Below are positions 60,279 through 64,000 of a stretch of DNA of 64,000 bases, piece after piece. Under the pieces are notes generated by a model. That model was not told the origin of the DNA. It made no database searches and saw only the letters and a program-made list of their open reading frames with translations. Made by a program: the position numbers and the translations under genes. Within the stretch, counting starts at the first letter, position 1. Each line of letters begins with the position of its first letter. Source of the stretch: Promethearchaeota archaeon (GTDB lineage Archaea > Asgardarchaeota > Lokiarchaeia > Sigyniarchaeales > SOKP01); NCBI GenBank assembly GCA_016926735.1, contig JAFGOA010000036.1, positions 33,821 through 97,820 on the forward strand. Reading direction: 5' to 3'.

Positions 60279-61760
60279 TTAATAGCTCTTGGCGATATAT
60301 ATTGTACATGTTGCTGGCTTTCCACAGATTAAACAAGTTGCAAATTCATGTTTTTCATGATCTACTCGTTTTCCCCGAACAAATGCTCCTAAATCTTTTT
60401 CTATCTTTTCAGCACATTGATATGCTTCCATATCAATTGAGCAAAATCCACAACATACTATTTTTCCATTTTCTATAGCTTCTTTTGCTGAATCTTGTTC
60501 ATAGCATACCTCTATCTGACTTTCAAAATCTAACAATGTTTTTTTCTTTAATTCATTTGTATATTTTTTTGAGACATCTTCAAGATATTTATCTAATTCA
60601 TTCTCTTTTATAAACGCTTTTTCTCCATCATGTCTTTTAACAGTAACAATTTGTTTTTTTTCAATATCCCTAGGGCCTACTTCAATTCTTAAAGGTACAC
60701 CTTTTAATTCCCATCTATAATATTTACTACCAGGAGACTCCTCTAAATCATCAAATTTTACCCGATATATATCTTTTAATTTTTTATAGATCTCTCTGCA
60801 CTTATTCATAACAATTTCTTCTTTTCCTTTAATCAAAATTGGAATAATTACTATTTGTATTGGTGCTAAATCAAAAGGTAAGATTAAACCTTTATCATCT
60901 CCAAGATATGCTATCATAGCTCCATAAATTCTACTAATTGCCGGTCCATAGCATGTTTGATAACAAAATCTCTCTTCACCATCTTTATCAGTAAATTTTA
61001 CATTAAATGGTTTGGAAAAATTCTGACCAAGAAGATGAGTTGATGGAAGTTGTAATACCTTTCCTGAGCCCATAAGAGCATCTGCAGCGTAAGTATTAAC
61101 TGCGCCACTAAATTTATCCCATTGTGGGCGTTCAAAGAAGATTATCGGTATACAGAATTCATCTTGAAGCATTTTATAGGTCATTTCCATATCTTCTTTT
61201 ACTTGTTCTATTGCTTCTTCTTCTGTTGCAAAACAATTATGAGCTTCAATCCAATGAAATTCTCTACCTCTAAAAAAGGGTCTTGTCATTTTTCCCTCAT
61301 AACGCCAGACTTGACATGATTGATATCTTTTAAAAGGTAAATCGTTATAACTCCTAATCCAATAGCTATACATCTTATATAAAGCAGTTTCACTAGTAGG
61401 TCTTAAAGCTAATCTCTCCGATAATCTTTCACCTTCACTTCCTGCTTCAGATACCCAAAATACTTCTGGTGCAAAGCCTTTTACATGATCTGCTTCTAAC
61501 ATAAAATTACTTTCTGGTATAACAGAAGGCATTATTAATGGTAAATGACCCTTTTTATCAAGTAATTCTTCATATTTTTGATACATTTTTTTTATACTAA
61601 TTGTAGCCCAAGGTCTATACACAACAAATCCTTTCACATTGTATCGTATATCAGCTAATTCAGCTTTATTGATTATTTCTGTATACCATGCTGAAAAGTC
61701 TTCATCTTTCGATACGGTTATACCCGTGATTGGAGTTTTATTCTTTTTAACCATAAACAA
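60279..61760 (-). CDS. proS: Proline--tRNA ligase (archaeal/eukaryotic type)
   Basis: FSAWY, LRPTSET, FFRGREF.W.EAH, HLLGQNF, GVPLRIEVGPRD, C-terminal AKSY. Confidence 0.97.
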   Translation of the reverse strand: MFMVKKNKTPITGITVSKDEDFSAWYTEIINKAELADIRYNVKGFVVYRPWATISIKKMYQKYEELLDKKGHLPLIMPSVIPESNFMLEADHVKGFAPEVFWVSEAGSEGERLSERLALRPTSETALYKMYSYWIRSYNDLPFKRYQSCQVWRYEGKMTRPFFRGREFHWIEAHNCFATEEEAIEQVKEDMEMTYKMLQDEFCIPIIFFERPQWDKFSGAVNTYAADALMGSGKVLQLPSTHLLGQNFSKPFNVKFTDKDGEERFCYQTCYGPAISRIYGAMIAYLGDDKGLILPFDLAPIQIVIIPILIKGKEEIVMNKCREIYKKLKDIYRVKFDDLEESPGSKYYRWELKGVPLRIEVGPRDIEKKQIVTVKRHDGEKAFIKENELDKYLEDVSKKYTNELKKKTLLDFESQIEVCYEQDSAKEAIENGKIVCCGFCSIDMEAYQCAEKIEKDLGAFVRGKRVDHEKHEFATCLICGKPATCTIYIAKSY

Positions 61761-61844
61761 TCAATTAAAGAAATAATTGAAAAAATAAATATTTTATTAG
61801 GTACTCTTGTAATTTTATTATTTATTCCTTTTGTATTGATAATA

Positions 61845-62585
61845 TTATTCTAAAAAGAGTTCTGCATTTGTAAAAATATTGTTTGAGTTTACCTCAACAT
61901 GATAATTTTTAGATTCTAGATAATCCTTGATCTTTTTTATAATATCTTTTAGTAATTTCTTATCTTGCATATCATCAATAATAAAAGAAATGATGGATTT
62001 TACCCATCCAAACAGTATCGTCTCTTCCTTTCCAGGAGCTTTAAATAATATTTTTTTTACTCCATTTATTGTAGCAATTTTTTTGATTTCTTCTTCCAAT
62101 GAACCAAAAGTAAAATATTCATTTGAATTAACTTTTAATTTAAACTCTAGTATTTTTTCAAGATTTTCCCTAGACTTTTTATCATAAAAACTAGTGAATT
62201 CTTGAGTTGCTATAGGTTTGTATTTATCTATAATGAGATTATCTTTATTTTTAATGAATTTAATAAGAGTGTTAAAATATTCACTATCTATTTTTTGGAA
62301 GTTTTCTGCCTTTCTTACAAGATCTGTAAGCGAATCTAAAAGATCATAATAAAAATTCATTATAGATTTAACTTTGAGTTTATCTTGGATATTTTTAACT
62401 TCTGGATAATATTTTTTTAGAATAAGATTCATATCTTTATTCAGCGATGAACATTCTTTAGCAATATCATCAATCTTTTTGATATCTTTAAGTTTTATAA
62501 GATGTAAAATATTATCTTCTATTAGAGAGAGGTTATCAAATATCTTTATTATTTTACTCAGATATTTTTTCTCAATGAAAGACAT
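61845..62585 (-). CDS. Hypothetical protein
   Basis: 246-aa ORF with no recognised motif. Confidence 0.6.
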   Translation of the reverse strand: MSFIEKKYLSKIIKIFDNLSLIEDNILHLIKLKDIKKIDDIAKECSSLNKDMNLILKKYYPEVKNIQDKLKVKSIMNFYYDLLDSLTDLVRKAENFQKIDSEYFNTLIKFIKNKDNLIIDKYKPIATQEFTSFYDKKSRENLEKILEFKLKVNSNEYFTFGSLEEEIKKIATINGVKKILFKAPGKEETILFGWVKSIISFIIDDMQDKKLLKDIIKKIKDYLESKNYHVEVNSNNIFTNAELFLE

Positions 62586-62728
62586 TATAGAAATTATAAA
62601 AATTTGACCTTTTATTCTTAACTAACAAGAGAATAAAATAATAATCTAACAACTAAACATAGAAAATGAAATTCTTTGATTCTTTAGATTTGCATCCAAA
62701 ACCTTTCTTGATTTTCTATATCCTCAAT

Positions 62729-63352
62729 TCATAATAGTTGATCAATATTCTTTTTTAATATACCCAAATTAGTTTTCTTTACAGCAGAGAACTCTAAATA
62801 AGGTATTTCCATTATGTTATTTTCATTATATTCATTTATAGGAATAAGGTGAAGATTATATAGCTTTGCTGTTGTAATAAATAAATTTATTATCCGTTTT
62901 TTTTCCAAATTTGTGACTTTATCTATTTTATTTATTATAATTAAGATTGAAATTGAGAATTCTTTTAAAAAAGAAATTAGTTCAAATGTTAAGGGGATAG
63001 TCTTAAGATTTTTGATATGGTATTTTTTGATTTCATCTTCTATTCTTAAGATATTTAGAACCATTAAACAATAGAAGTATTTATCATTATTTTTTTCAAT
63101 ATGAGTAACAATTAGATCTTTAATATGTTTTTCTCTGCGTTGGCTAGATCCTTTCGCATATCCAAATCCAGGTAAATCAACTATTTGATAAGGCATATTT
63201 TTTTGTATTATAGGTTTGATAAGTAATGTACTACCAGGATTTTTCCCTATTTTACCTTTGAAAGCACTTGCATCTTTTAAAAGTAATTTAGTTATAGAAC
63301 TTTTTCCAACATTTGAATTTCCAATGATAAGTAAAGATGGTTTTTCTTCCAT
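62729..63352 (-). CDS. engB: EngB/YihA family GTPase
   Basis: GNSNVGKSS, PGST, DLPGFG, NKID, SA. Confidence 0.88.
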   Translation of the reverse strand: MEEKPSLLIIGNSNVGKSSITKLLLKDASAFKGKIGKNPGSTLLIKPIIQKNMPYQIVDLPGFGYAKGSSQRREKHIKDLIVTHIEKNNDKYFYCLMVLNILRIEDEIKKYHIKNLKTIPLTFELISFLKEFSISILIIINKIDKVTNLEKKRIINLFITTAKLYNLHLIPINEYNENNIMEIPYLEFSAVKKTNLGILKKNIDQLL

Positions 63353-63420
63353 TATAAGTGATATAAATTAATTTATAATATGTATTTTTATCTATTCCTT
63401 TTATAAAAGAAAGGAAGAAG

Positions 63421-63924
63421 TTACCAGCTGAATTTTTTACATAGTTCTGGATATAATTTCTCTAAATCATCTTCTTCCCAATATTCACCCTCTGGTTCAT
63501 CAGGAAATTTAGGATATCGATCTATAAAATTAATTAAATCTTCTCCAGTTTTTTCTTCATAAAGATATCCCGCAACATAATATATTTCCTCAAAAAAAAT
63601 ATCTTCACCTATATTAATAATTTCACCAAGCTTCTTTGGATGAATCAAAGCTTTTTTAAAAAAATCTTTTCCTCTTGAAATTATCCAATTACGAAAATCG
63701 GTAAATGAGTCATCACTACAACCTTTATTTATAATATATGCTATTGCCCATAAGTCCCAATTATACAAATCATTACTTTTTTGAGTAAAAATTAAATCAA
63801 AAGATACAATATCATCTGGACTATAATTCTTTAAAATTAATTTAAGTTTTTCATATTGTTTTGTTTGATTATTTTCTCTATTTCTACTTTCATCAATTAT
63901 AGACCAAAATTCAGTTTCATCCAT
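63421..63924 (-). CDS. DUF4240 family protein
   Basis: MDETEFWSII, LWAIAYII..GCSDDSF.DFR.WII..G and YPELC pattern. Confidence 0.85.
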   Translation of the reverse strand: MDETEFWSIIDESRNRENNQTKQYEKLKLILKNYSPDDIVSFDLIFTQKSNDLYNWDLWAIAYIINKGCSDDSFTDFRNWIISRGKDFFKKALIHPKKLGEIINIGEDIFFEEIYYVAGYLYEEKTGEDLINFIDRYPKFPDEPEGEYWEEDDLEKLYPELCKKFSW

Positions 63925-64000
63925 AAATTATAATTAGATTTAGATATAAAAAATTTTTATAAATCTAAAAAAAAAAAAAAAAGAAAAAAAAAAATAATAA

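Noticed and set aside
1-64000. Selenoprotein UGA readthrough or SECIS elements, which are known in Lokiarchaeia
   Set aside because: The TGA-ending genes look complete, none is a known selenoprotein family, and I found no convincing SECIS by eye
1-64000. tRNA, rRNA and intact transposons
   Set aside because: No GC-rich cloverleaf, rRNA-like tract, transposase ORF or terminal inverted repeat pair was seen

Overview
Very AT-rich, gene-dense archaeal chromosomal window. Gene content points to an Asgard archaeon, most likely Lokiarchaeia: several small GTPases, roadblock/LC7 and longin-like proteins, a gelsolin-like protein, archaeal ribosomal and RNA polymerase genes, and fae-hps. It holds (i) a cluster of eukaryotic-signature GTPase/roadblock/longin genes at 5-22 kb; (ii) a three-gene operon encoding a 1495-aa Fe-S nuclease/SF1 helicase with a Dna2-like domain order, Mre11 and Rad50, with no herA/nurA in the window; (iii) a partly rearranged informational cluster (rpo7, spt4, DUF359, S24e, S27ae, kae1, bud32, S28e, L7Ae, rpo10, L24e, S6e); (iv) a nitroreductase-MarR operon with a visible operator; (v) membrane-anchored wHTH regulators; (vi) a small acidic peptide, a methyltransferase/ATP-grasp fusion and a PAN ATPase, next to arginine decarboxylase and a deoxyhypusine synthase-like gene; and (vii) proS and engB. 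The strongest sequence-level observation is that four core genes (rpo7, kae1, rpl24e, rpo10) have ATT, ATC or ATA at the conserved Met1 position, 7-9 nt after a clear Shine-Dalgarno motif. Three of them have no canonical start available, so the ORF track truncated or missed them. I saw no tRNA, rRNA, CRISPR array or intact mobile element. All family calls come from motif recognition by eye, not database searches.
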